64,000 nt of DNA from Camelus ferus (Eukaryota), in NCBI RefSeq assembly GCF_009834535.1, contig NC_045698.1:6884001-6948000 (forward strand), in the 5' to 3' direction. A program made the position numbers and the translations under genes. Below the pieces are notes generated by a model, which was not told the origin of the DNA, searched no databases, and was given only the letters and a program-made list of their open reading frames with translations. This document shows, one piece after another, positions 48,331 to 61,150 of the stretch; the first letter of the stretch is position 1, and the number at the start of each line of letters is the position of its first letter.

Positions 48331-50054
48331 TACTCTGGACACCCAGGCCATAGGTCGTGCTGTCTCCTGACTTTTCAGGCATTTGGCTGCTTCCGTGTCC
48401 CCCCTCCTCTGGATTCCCAGATCTCCAGGGGCATTCCTGGAGCTTGGCCGTTATTTCATTGAATTGGGTTACAAAAGTCTCTTGATATAGCTCCCCACTT
48501 AGGTGGAGAAGCCAGATAAGGCGTGATCCTCATGAGCCTGTAGCAAGGGGTTCAGGAAGTGTCGGCTAAGTGACAACTGATGAAGCCCTGACTTGGGTCA
48601 GCACTGTCGCTGTGGTCTCTTAACCATGCCCCACCTCCCCCCAGTCCCCTCCCTGCACCCACAGGCACAATACCGCTGTCTTGATCAGCTCTTTAAGGCC
48701 AAACTCTTAAGCTGCTATCTTGGTCTCCCGTGATCTGTTCTCAGAACATCTTTCCTGCCTCCTCTTTCATGCCCCACTGCATCCACTCCACACTCCGATC
48801 CAGCGCTACACTCCCTCTCTCCTGCCCGAACGTACAAGTCCCTCCCCCTCGAGGGGTCCATCCCATTCTAACCACGGGCGCAAGTCCTCCCTGCTCCGAC
48901 AGCCCAGTCCATGCACCACTCCCCTAGCCCCGCCACTGAGCATCCTCTCCCCTCCTCGGGGCTCTGATGGCACATCTCTATGACTCGGGTGCATATGACT
49001 CTACGCATACAGCGTTCCTCTCACGTCAACCAACCCTCTACATGTGTGTCTGTCTCTGGAAGCTGGATCCATGTCAGATTTATCGATATCACCCAGAAGC
49101 ACCTAGCACAATGGCAGGCGGATAGTAGGCATTCGATGACTATCTCCACGATGAATAAGTGATGTTAGAGCCGGCTTGCATCTGTGAGGTATTCACCGTT
49201 AGCCTGTTCAAAAGGGAGCAGGGTGACAGCGTGCAGTGGGGTGATGGTGTGCAGCGGGATCAATCAGAGGGCACGTCCCCGCCAGCTTCCCATCGGCAGA
49301 TGTTGCCCATTGAAGTGCCTGTTCCAGCGCTGTTGCCAAACAGAAGGTTCTCTTGGCAGGAGCGTTGGCACACACTGCATTCTGCAGGCTGTGCCCCTGA
49401 GCCAGCTCCTCCATTGGCAAACAAGCCTTCTCGGAACTGGCTTGTGCCACCCTCCACAAGCCTCCTGCCACCCAAACAGATGGGCACAAATGTAAGTGTG
49501 CCGGGCAGCAAGTGTGCACATCAGCTCGGAGCTCCCAATAAAAGATTTGTCTCTTGTTCATGGTGTCACCTGTCCAAACAGCAAAAGCACCTGCTGTGTC
49601 ATGTGAGGTGTTGCAAAGGAATTACCCTCATGTTCTAATTTGGGAATCCATTAATTAAAGCATCCCGGACCTGGAGGTGGGAGTGAGGGTGAGAAAGAGA
49701 TGAAAGAAAACACTGTCTCCCTTAAAGCTTTGGCTGGTGGCGTCCGTGGAGCCGGAGAGAGATGCTTTCTCTTTCCAGGTGGAGTTCAGATTTAAGACTT
49801 AACTGTAGGCAGCAGCTAAATCCACGAGTGGGACTTCTAGGGTTGCCGGCGAGGCAACGGGATGACAGACACTCCTCTCAGGGCCTCGTATGCCTCCACA
49901 GACAGGGGTGAATAAAAGTTTAAACTCTCCCTATCTAAGCCAAAATCTATAAACCGGGTTCCAGCAGCGTAAGTACAGAGAGAAGAATAATGCACTCACC
50001 ATCCCACCTTATTGACAAGCTCATTGCAGTTATGTCCCCACCCGGGCTGAAAAC

Positions 50055-51010
50055 CTTTATTGACTCAGGGGTTATCTTCATCATCTGATGGCTTGAGACG
50101 TCTGGACAACACAGTCAGCTACAGGAGCTGCCCCGTGGCCTTTGCATACATTACAATTTAAAAAGCCTGCAATTGGCAAAGAAATAATACCACCTACAAA
50201 TCTAAACTACTTTCGTCCTGGTCTTTTTTGAGATGCTAAAGACAGATAGGAACTGCCTCGATCTTGGGCAGCAGATCTCACGAGTAATTTCTTCTGCTGG
50301 GCTTTGTGTTTTTGCTCTTACTTTCCAAACTCTAATATGCCCATGACTCATTCGGAATACGAGAAGTGCAGCTTGAACTTCCCAGTCGGTCATGTGCAGA
50401 ATGTGCCAAACAGCTACAGGACCACAGGGGAGCCACTCAGTGGGAAGCAGACCGTCTGGCAAAACCGTCCAGTGGACAGCAGGTGACTCAGTTGCTGGGC
50501 CAATTTGCCGGTCCAGTGCTGGAAGATGCTCAGGCTCAGAAGTGGGTTATAAATGTTCATTCAGGGCTGTAACATTTGGAAATGGAAAACCTTAAAGATC
50601 CCAAGCTTTGCTGGTCACACTGGGGGTGTCAGGTGCTTCTCTGTAGATAAAATCCATCCAGTCTGTTTATTGTCTGCCTTTTAAGTCACTCCTTGTTTCC
50701 AGACAGCTCCAGACAGAGACTTGACGAGGGATTAAGTATCCATCGCGAATGTGGCTCAGACATTGAAAAAGAACAAGAGAGAAAGAAGTTTAAATATCTC
50801 GCTGTGACAGCCTGGAATGTTGTGTTTATTAACCCATGGCTGCTAATGTATAGCCCCACTGTGCATCACCACTGCGCTTGAAATATTTTTCTACAAGGAA
50901 AAAGTGAGTTTACTTTTAATAATGAGTCAAGCCCTCACCTCTGGAACACTTCATCAAACGTTTTGAAGACAGCCTCTAATTTTATTTACGAATATACATG
51001 CATTCCTAGA
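50055..51010. promoter_or_regulatory. Candidate enhancer with an AP-1/TEAD motif cluster
   Basis: TGA(C/G)TCA at 50061, 50344, 50484 and 50923; GGAATG at 50814 and CATTCC at 51001; sequence not recognised as a repeat. Confidence 0.4.
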
Positions 51011-52206
51011 GCTTCAAAAGTGTTCAGAAACCACTGGTTTTTCAGTCAGAATTAGTCCAAGAGTTTGACTTTAGCATTTTTGGGTGACTTAATTGTAGAT
51101 CATAAGTACGTCCAAACTCGTCTTGGCTGTCCAGATTTTTTTTTTTTTTTTCATTCTCTACTCTCTCTGGCAAGAAGTCACTACAATGTTCATTTGTCTG
51201 GTAGCAGGATGAACGGCCAACTCCTGGCATGTACAAGTTGAGGAAGCTGTAATTTGCTCCCTGTTTCCCTTGAAGGTCACTAAATTTAACACTGTGATTG
51301 AAACCCAGCACCTTCTATAAATCTCCAAAGAACTGTGGTTCCTAAGGAGCCAGATAATTTGGAGGTGGGCTATGTTGACCTGTGCACACGTGTTAAACAA
51401 TTATAAATTGTTTCCTTTCATCTGTCTCAGAAGTGATCTATAGCAAGACTCCAAAATATAAATCCGCTCTGAAACGAGACAGCTAGGAAACAGCCCATGA
51501 GGACTGGTGGTTTCATCCACAAGGCTGACACCCCTGTATGGCTTCAGATGGTGACAAATGACACTGATTTTCAGCCTTGGTTTGACTTGAACTGGTCGCT
51601 TCTATCTCTAGCTTCCCTCCTGCAGAAAAAAAAAGTCTCATTTATCCCCTTGGCTTCATTCCCAGTCAGTGAGTGAGGGCGACACTTCTCCCAGGTAACC
51701 ATCTCAGAGTTTTCTAGCTGAACTAGTTGGTGTAGAAATGTTTTGACACTGGAAAATACACGATAAAAATCATTCTTTCACTTTGCGCCTGGGAGGGAGG
51801 GTAGGACATGTAGGACAGAGTGGTTCTGCCTTTGCCTCTCTCACTCCATGTCATCTTTGATATCCCAGGATGGAAAGTTGGTTTTCTCCCTGGATACACA
51901 TGAAGCCATGGAGGTCTCTGGGTCCTCTAACTGGGCATAACTAGGGACGTCTCTGCAGGAAGGTACCTTTGTTGGGGTAACAGTGACTCCTGGCCAAATG
52001 GGAACAGGCATGTAAAAGTACTTGAGGCAGAAGAATTGAGGCCAAGTGACAAATGACAGAGGAAAAAGCATATTTGAGTGACAAGGTATAAGGTACTGAC
52101 CAATACTGAACCCCAAACCCAGCTCCTTATAATTTCTATTGGTCTAAACTGAAAGCCTTCTCCCTATGTTTAATCGTCTCATTTCCATCCGACTCACACA
52201 GTTTCC

Positions 52207-52652
52207 TGTATTAGTTCCCTAGGGCTGTAATGAAGTATCACAGACCAGGGGCCTTAAACAACAGAACGTTATTGTCTCACAGTCCGGAGTCAGAGCCCAA
52301 GACCAAGGTGTCAGCAGTGGGAGCTCCTTCTGAGGCACTCGGGAAGAATCTGACCACGCCTCTGACCTGGCTTTTGGAGGTCTGCTGGCTGGAATCTCTG
52401 GTGTTCTTTAGCCAGAGAAACATCACCCTGATCTCTGTCTTCATGTTCATGTGTATGTCTTTGCGTATAAATTTTCCCCTTTGATATGGATACCAGTCAC
52501 ATTGGCTCAGTTACCCACCCTGCTTCAGTATAATCTCATCTTAACTAACTACTATGCAACAACCCTATTTCCAAATGAGGTCTCTTTCTGAGATACTGGG
52601 AGTTAGGGCTTCAACATATAAACTTGAGGAGGGCACTATTCAACTCCTAGCA
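52207..52652 (-). mobile_element. MLT1B/C-type solo LTR
   Basis: 'tgtattagttccctagggctgtaatgaagtatcacagacc...aaccctatttccaaatgaggtc...gttagggcttcaacatata...attcaactcctagca'. Confidence 0.9.
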
Positions 52653-53326
52653 CCCTCTACACAATATTTCTGTAACAATCTGTATCCTCCTCCTCAGGCA
52701 GAGGGACCACAGCCTCACCAAACAGAGTTAGAATAAGGGACAGAGGCTGTTTGAGGCAATATAAGACCACAGAATCCCTGACATGTTCAAACTGCAGCAA
52801 CAAAAAGAAAATCAGAAACCAGTTCACTAAAGAAGAAAGTCTGATGGACTGCCAAACTCAAAGGACCAGAAGGAAGTATCAAAGTTTAAGCTAAGAGCAG
52901 AGGAAGCTGTAAAATTGGATTCAATATAAATATACAAAAAAAGCACGGAAAGGTAAATAAATGAGGTTCAATGATCAAAACTAAAGTTTGATAAGTCTTT
53001 TCTCACTCCAAAGAGCTATTCACGTTTTGTGGAAAAGCAGCCAGCCCAACTCAAACACAGGAGATAGTTCTGTATAAAAGGAGCTGAGTGGTTTTTTCCC
53101 AAATCCTCAGACACTGTCTCTTTATAATGAGTCTGGCTCATGAGTCTGGAGAGAAGAGTCAGTACATCCCATTCAAAGGATCTTTTAGGTGTTAGGGCCC
53201 AATTCTTCCCCAGAAGCCTGGTTAAGAAGTACTGAAAGACAATAAAAGTCCTACATTCTGATAAGTATCAAGGCAAATTTTCCTTTTTGAAAAAAAAAAA
53301 ACTATTTCCTAGTTTTCTGTGTGCTT

Positions 53327-53391
53327 TTTTTAATTGAGTTACAGTCAGTTTACAATGTTGTGTCAACTTCTGGTGTATAAACAAGTTTATA
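53327..53391 (-). mobile_element. 65-bp miniature L1 insertion with a short inverted 5' piece
   Basis: TSD ctgtgtgctt at 53317-53326 and 53392-53401. Minus-strand L1 terminus 'aattgagttacagtcagtttacaatgttgtgtcaacttctggtgta', then plus-oriented 'taaacaagtttatactgt' (compare 4123-4140). Confidence 0.8.
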
Positions 53392-53479
53392 CTGTGTGCT
53401 TGTTTTTATAGAAAGGACTGGATTTGTATTTTATTTTTAACAAAAAAGGTAATAACTTTCATTTCCAACAGTAGCTTAT

Positions 53480-56400
53480 GAGAAACAAGCCTTGAGATGA
53501 AAGCAACTAAAAATGCTGGATAAAAATATTAAGAATAATTCCCTGAGAGAATTTAAACACTGTCAGGATAATAAAAAATATAATAATAACCTAAACAAAA
53601 TCTAAGAAAAACCGAAACCCAGAGAGCCAAGCACGGGACACTAAATCTACTTTGACCTAAAGGCAATTGCCCATCCTGAGAAGCTCCCACTTTGGTTTCA
53701 CAGCACAAGGGACAGAGGTCAATGTCCAGGCTCTGTCCCAAGTGAGGAATCTATTAGGGGACCGTCCTCACATTAAGCTGGAGGCAAAAAAGTTAACAGT
53801 GAGCCATAATTAAATTCTTCTTACACATTTATGCGGGAAACTGTCCAGACCTTGTTTGCAGCAGGTAGGAAAAAAAGAAAAAATGTCCCTACGAAATTAT
53901 AGCCATGGGCTAACCTTTACAGCACTGCCTGGGAGATCCAGGTATCCTCAAGCCACAAACTTGGTTATGGTGGTCCCAGACCAGAAGACCTCCTGAAACT
54001 TGACAGTAGCAGTTGCACATCCTCTCCAGAGAAAATCACCTTTCTCCTGACCCTCAAAAGATCACCATAACAAATTCTGACAGCAATGAACAGCACACCA
54101 GCAAACAAGCTCACCACAAAAGAAATCACCGTGAGCAAGTTAAGAAGAAAAGTAGACATCAGAATCATACTCACAAGACTACAGTATTAGAATTGTCAGA
54201 AATAGATTATAAAGTAATTAAGATTACTATACACAGGGAATAAGATTTTCTTTTTAAAAAGTGACCTAGCACATTTGAAAGAGAACCAAATAGAACTCCT
54301 AGAAATTTAAAAAAAAAAAATACAGAAAAGAAAAAAGTTTAAATGCATGAACAAGTTTAACAATACATTAGAAACAGCTGAATGGAGAATTGATGATCTG
54401 GAGGGTAGGCCAGATAATGAAACCAAGACTACTGTGAAATATCGTCTTCAACTAAGCTTAAAGGCAATAACTTCCGACCATCAAAATATAATTTAAGAAT
54501 GAGAGTAAAACACATTTTCAGTAAACATAAGCTGAGACAATTTACCATCAGCAGGACTTTCGCAAAGGAAATCCTGAAATATATAGTTCAAGCAGAAGGG
54601 AAGTAACCACGGAAGGAAAATAATAGAATTAAAAAAAAAAACTTTAAAGGGCAACTATAATTAAATATTGGCTGCATACAACAATAAACATGTCTTGAGT
54701 GGAGTTAAATAAAATAATAATACAAATAAGTCAGAGGAAATAAAGCTAAAATACTGTTTTGTCCAAGAGAAGAGGTAGGATGTTGATCAAATTTAAAATG
54801 TGATCAGTTAAATATGTAGGTTGTGATTTCTAAGATAACTACTAAAAAAGACAGAGACAGAATAGATCACTTCAAAATAAGAAGGTGGAAAAAGTAGACT
54901 GATATGAAATAGTCTCACAAAAATGAAAAAAGATAAAAGAAACATAAATAGAAAGAGGCAAATTGAAAGGGCACTAAAGTGATGATACATTTAAACCCTA
55001 ACATTGAAATCATTGCATTAAATGTAAACAGATTAAATGTTCCAGGTAAGAGCAAAGATCATCCAATAGATTTCTAAAAGACCCGCTGTTATGTTGTGCG
55101 TAATGGATACATCCAAAACATAAGGACACAACCAGACTGGATAAAAGGATTCCAATACATGTGCCAGTAACTGCTAACCAAAAGATAAAAGCCATGGCTT
55201 TTTTAACATTAGATAAAATAGCCTTTAAGGCAGTAAATATTGCTAGAGATAAAGAGAGTCCTCTTATAAAGGATTTAATTCACCAGAAAGACTTAAACGT
55301 TTCAATTCATATATGCCTGTAGTGAGCTGAACGGTTACCTTCAAAAAAATATTTCCCCATCCTAATGCCCAGAACCTGTAAATGCTGCCTTATTTGTAAA
55401 ACTTCTCCTGAGGTTAATTAAAAATAGACAAAAAACAAGAAAACTCAAATGTCTAATATCAAGAATTTTAAATCCTAAATAATTATTAGCACATTGATTA
55501 AATGTACAATTCATTTTTAAAAATAGAACACAAAATATACAAGTAATAAATCAATGGGTTTATTCCAGAAATATAAGCTTGATTTAATATTAGAAATTAA
55601 ATTAATGTACCTCACTTCTAACAGATACAGATTATCTGAATAGATGCTGCCAAACTGACAAAATTTAACATCTATTCATAAAATCATTTATATAAATAAG
55701 CATAGAAGAGAATTTCCTAAATATGATAAAAGGAATCTAAAAGTCATTTCCTATTTGATATTAAAATGAATGAAAATTCTAATTTTCTGATCAGGAATAG
55801 GACAATAATGCTTGTTATCACTACTTCTGCTTAAGTTGTGTTCTAGGTCCTATCCAGCACAGTAATACTGTAAGAGGGGGGAAAATGTATAAAAAAGATT
55901 TAAAAGGGAATATCCAAAGATCTCTTTAGTTTCAGACAACATAGATTGAGTCTTTAGAAAATCCAAAATAATCTAAAGATGCTAATCAGAAAGTATGAGT
56001 TTAAATTCCACTTACAGTAGCATCAAAACACATGAACTACCTAGGGATAAATGTAACAAGGACATCACGACCTCTACCATAAGCACTACAAACATAGCGG
56101 AGATAAATTTTAAAGGAATTAAGTAAATGGAGAGACATGCCATGTTCATAAATTGGAAGGCTCAATATAGTTAATAGGGTCAATATAGTTAAATGCCAAT
56201 TCTTCTAAATTAATGTGAAGATTCAATGCATTTCCAGGCCAAACTCTGGCAAGTTTTTTTAGTAGTTAATCACAACCTGGTTTTAAAATGTGTATGGAAA
56301 TGCAAGAACTTGGAATAATCAAAGCAATGTTTGCGCTGAGAACAAAGATGAAGGATTTACTGTGCAAAAGCTTATAAATTTAATTAGGTCTCATTTGTTT

Positions 56401-57377
56401 ATTTTTGCTTTTATTTCTATTGCCTGGATAGACTGCCCTAGGAGAACATTGCTAAGATCTATGTCAGAAAATGTCTTGCCTATGTTTCTTCTAAGAGGTT
56501 TATAGTGTCTTTTCTTATGTTTGTCTTTAAGCCATGTTGAGTTTAGTTTTGTCTATGTTGAGAGGGAGTGTTCTAACTCCACTGATTTACATGCGGCTGT
56601 CCAGCTTTCCCAATACCAGAAATGTGAAAATGAATATATATATGTATATGTATGACTGAAACATTATGCTGGACACCAGAAATTGACACAACATTGTAAA
56701 CTGCCTAGACTTCAATTTAAAAAAATAGGAAAGATGAAGGATTTACCCAACCTGGCTTCAGACTTACTATAAAGCAATAAAAATCAATGCAGTTTGGTTC
56801 TGACAAAAAGATAGACATGGATCAATGCAACAAATAGCAAGTCCAGAAACACATCCAGACATACATGGCCACTAAATTTTTGACAAAGTTATCAAGGCAA
56901 TTCAACGTGGAAGGGAAAGTCTTCAACAGACAGTGCTGGATCAAATGTGTATCCACATGGAAAGTAATAATAATAATAACATCAACCCTTACTTCACATC
57001 ACTTTTAAAAATTAACTCCAAATAGATCACAGACCAAAGAGTAAAGCCTTAACTGTAAAATTTCTGAAAGAAAACACAGCAGAAAAAATTTGTGACCCTG
57101 TAGTAGGCAAAGATTTCTGAAACAGAACTCAAAAATCATAAAATGTAAAAGAAAAAATGATAAATTGGAATTTGGCTAAATTTAAAACTTTTATTCTCGG
57201 ACAGATGTTATTTAAAAACTTGAAAGACAGACTTAGGTGGAAAGCATTATTGGCAACACATGTATCCAACAAATGACTTGTCTAAGAAACACATGCAGAA
57301 CCACCCCAGTCGATACTGAGAAAACCCAATTTTTTTAAATGGGCAAAAGACATGAACACTTCATCAAAGAATATATA
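53480..57377 (+). mobile_element. Old, fragmented L1M (5' region, ORF1 and ORF2 remnants)
   Basis: 'gaaagagaaccaaatagaactcctagaaatt', 'tagatgctgccaaactgacaaaatttaacatc', 'agtaaatggagagacatgccatgttcataaattggaaggctcaatatagtt', 'aaatgggcaaaagacatgaac'. Confidence 0.88.
56361..56729 (+). mobile_element. Younger 5'-inverted L1 nested in the old L1: inverted ORF2 piece 56361-56618, direct 3' end 56619-56729
   Basis: Perfect 17-bp TSD aaagatgaaggatttac at 56344-56360 and 56730-56746. Confidence 0.93.
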
Positions 57378-57840
57378 CAGCTTCTTCCTCGACTTACAAC
57401 GGGGTTACTTCCTGATAGACCTACGATAAGTTGAAAATATCATTAGTCAAAAATGCATTTAATACACCTAAAGTACCAAACATCATGGCTTAACCTAGCC
57501 GACCTTAAACGTGCACAGAACACATAATTAGCCCACAGTTGGACAGCATCACCTAACACAAAGCCTATTTTATAATAAAGTGTTTAATATCTCATGTAAC
57601 TGAATACTGTACTGAAAACGGTTGTCTGGGTACAGAATGGTTGCAAATGTATCAGTTGTTTACTCTGGTGCTGGCGGGGCTGACTGGGAGCTGTGGACCT
57701 GCTGCCACCGTCCAGCATCACAGGAGAGTACCATCTGGCATATCACTGCTCAGGAAAGATCAAAATTCAAAGTATACTTTCTACTAAATGAGTATCACTT
57801 TTACACTATTGTAAAGTAAAAAAACTAAGCACCCGGAGTC
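57378..57840 (+). mobile_element. MER47/Tigger5-type TcMar-Tigger element
   Basis: TA|cagcttcttcctcgacttacaacggggttac...aaaatgcatttaatacaccta...ggctgactgggagctg...aaagatcaaaattcaaagta. Confidence 0.88.
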
Positions 57841-59029
57841 TTAAGGCAGCCACACCATTTGGCCCCTGAAATATACCTCCAGTTCTATCCAACCAGGACT
57901 GGAATTGCCCACATGGTCCAGATAGCCAGCAAAGAAAGCCAAGACGGAAATCAAACACAAGCAAAGATGCAGAATGGTGGGGGAGGTTAGTACACAGGGG
58001 GGAAAAAAAGCTTAAGGCATTGAAAACGAACCACAAGAACTTCCCGCCTGCCAGTGGACATATTTCACTTACAAACTGCATTTTGTTTCTCATAGAGTGG
58101 GTTCATCTTCATTTAAGAACTGAAAATTCAGCACTCTTTCTAGGGTGCTTTTTTTTCAGGTTGATGGAAATGCCCCAGATGGTTTTGCTTACATGGTCCT
58201 ATTGATCATTGCTTTCTGTTCCCTGCGAGACGTAGATCTGTTAAAACCGAACCGACTGGGGAGTGTCTGTTGTTTCAGTTTTAAAGCAATTCTGTACCGA
58301 GTCATACACTCGTGGGCAAAGCAAAGCTGAGGGGCCAGATAAAAGCTGCCCATTAGAAACTTCAGTGACTGGTTATTTCTTCCACAGAACTGAATTTATT
58401 ACTCCAGCTACTGTCAACAAACGTGCACGGACAACAGTCTTCCCACCGCCTGGACGACGGCCCCGGAGTGCTGAGTGAGGGGATTTGAGTCTGAGTCACG
58501 ATTGTCACTGCAAGGACGATCCTTCTTACCTCTCCCAGGATTCAGTGAAAAACTGAACAAATAAAAATGGATTGAAAACATCAGTATAAAGGAGCTAAAA
58601 GTACCATGTGCTTTGTTATAAAATATGAAGTCAACCATCCTGTTGTGTTTTGTCCCCAAAGTCTATTATCTTATTAGGCAGGTTGTGAACTTCCAGAGAT
58701 GCAAGATGAAAGTGTGTATGTGCAAGTGCGTGTAAAGACACCACCCATCACTGCAGCCCACTGTCCAGACCTGCCTCCCCTAACCTCATAGCCTGGGCCA
58801 CCTCGCACCATCAGAACCCTTCAGTGCCAGTCTCCACTCCCCTCCCCACCTGCTCAAATTCCAACCTATCTCCTTGCCCTGCAGCTCAAATCCCCAAGCT
58901 CTGAGTGCCTTTAAAACTATCCAAGGCATCTGATAGCAAGTCAGAAGAAAAAAAAATCGATAGGAAATAACAAGCTAAGAAACCAGGACTAGGAAGGTGG
59001 CTCCCTTTCATCAGAACTTCTGGTACCTT

Positions 59030-59410
59030 ATGTTAGTTTGGGTCTGTTCAGTATTTCATGTGCAAGGGATTTGTCAAGAGAGAGAGCAGGAGGCGGTGGG
59101 AAAAGGCTTGAGACCACAGTGCAGGTCGGTTACTAAGGAAGGAGAGAGGGAAGGAAGGAAGACTGGGGAGCAAGGGCCTCAGACTGCAGGAAGAATGGTT
59201 CAGCCAAGTCTACAGGCAATCCTTGAGCCAAAGTCACCCACTGGAGGAGTCCTGTGTCCTGCTTTAGTATACAGCCATGTCAGTCATTGGCTGCAGGCTG
59301 CAGAAAGAGTGGCTTTGGTGTAAATGTGGGAGTTTATAAGAAGGGGGATAAATAAAAGAAGCCATTTGTCACTTATGTCTCCTACAGCAGGAGACAGACC
59401 TGAGCAACTG
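59030..59410 (-). mobile_element. LTR16-like ERVL LTR
   Basis: 'gaccacagtgcaggtc...gaaggagagagggaaggaagg...cctcagactgcag...ccttgagccaaagtcaccc'. Confidence 0.7.
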
Positions 59411-59486
59411 CCTCTTGAGAAATATGTTATTTTATCAATTGGTCACTTGAAATTAAAAAGCCCATTTTTATTGCTTAACGTATAGC

Positions 59487-59830
59487 ACAGAAGTCACAAA
59501 CTGGACTGCAACGGATAGAACCTGGCAAAGATGATTTTTTGGTTTTGTTGTTTGTCTGGTTTTGGATCTGGGGATTGAATGATGTTTTAAAAACTTTTGA
59601 GCTAGTCACTAACACTTAAGAAACAAGAGATTTTATGCATTAAAAATTCAGATTTCCAGCCTTTTTTGAGATGCAAAGGGCTGACATTCTCTCGTGTTGG
59701 CAGAAGAGCAGATGAACTTTCCCTCTCCAGTTGGCCACAGTCCCCACCACTCCCTTATGCTCACCTCAGCCCACACTGCTCATTACTTCACTTAATGTCA
59801 CTTCTGGTCATCTGAATTTTTGACTCACTG
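59487..59830 (+). mobile_element. MER102-like hAT-Charlie element
   Basis: 'gagattttatgcattaaaaattcagatttccagcc...ctctccagttggccacagtccccaccactccc'. Confidence 0.7.
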
Positions 59831-61150
59831 CATTCATGCCTGTGTCACTGTCAGAATATAAGTACTCTGAGAGCAATGGCCTTGTCTGTTAGGATCATCG
59901 AGGTAAACCAATGTTCTGGAGCAATGCCAGGCACATAGTAGCTGCTAACGAAGTTTATTTGGCCAATGAAATGATGTGCTATCTTCACAGAGGGTTGGAA
60001 GAAATTGTTTGGGTTGGCAGTGGGGAGGAAGAAGAATATGTTTCAAAGTTTCGTCTGGGGCTAACTTTGCTCAAGAACCAAGGTGGCACCAGAGGAAGGA
60101 AATGAGACTCCAGGCCAGCAATAGAATGCACTTGTTCTCAGGAATGGGTGGGGCCAATGGGGCTACAGAATGGGTCAGAACGAGTGGGCATGCAGCAGTG
60201 GACACACTACCATCGCACCCCCTGCACTCTCATGCAAGGGTTCTTTCTTTCCATCCTAAACTTAAGAGGAGAGGGGTTGCACAGGGAGACAGTGCTTACC
60301 TCAGCGCCTTTGCTGGCTTAGCGCAGCCTGGATCATTGCTGCAAAATACTCACTGGGCCACGTTCCAAGGCAGCCAGGCATGAGGGGTCCTCACCTCAAA
60401 GCTAACGTACACTTAGGCATAATGGAAAGAATCAAGCTCGGTGATGATGTGATGCGCGTTCCTCACATGCATAAAAATGCATATGGACAAATGGTGCAAA
60501 TCAAACAGAGAAGTGCCTGCCAAAGGCAAGTCCCCCGTGGTGTCTCACTAGCTCCGAAAATGACTACCAGATGATAAAGGAAGGCAGGCCCCATGAAGTC
60601 TGATTACCAGGAGGGACAGGCAAATCCATTAGAAGCAAATAGGCCTCCTTCAAGTCCATTTTACTTGCTAAAAACAAGCAATGCTAAGTTTAAAAAATGA
60701 GTCAGTGTTTCATCTCATTTCTCACTGTCTTAAATTTGCCGCATCCATTTCCAGCTAAAAGCTAGAGAAGGTTTGTGTTTTGTGACCAACCTGTGTTGCT
60801 ATAAAAACTCAAAGTTAGATCTAGGCCTGACTCAAGGCAGAGAGCTAGAACCTTTAGTCCGTGGGCAACTTGCTGTGTTGGCCTCATCTGGAGAAAAACA
60901 GTTGGGGAGGAAGGGAACTACACTGAGGGAGCACCTTTGATGCATCAGACTGCAGAGTTCTTTGCATATATTTCGTCACTGAGCTCACTGTTCCAAGTGA
61001 TAAGGAGGTTTATAAAGAATCCACAGAATGCAAAATGGTGCAGCCACTATGGAAAACAGGATACAGTTTCCTCAGAAAATTAAAAATAGAACTAACACAT
61101 AATCCTGCAATCCCACTGCTGGGCATTTACCAAAATGAATTGAAATCAAG

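Noticed and set aside
49159..49638. Stack of ORFs on both strands up to 159 aa
   Set aside because: Chance ORFs in a GC-rich patch; no homology recognised.
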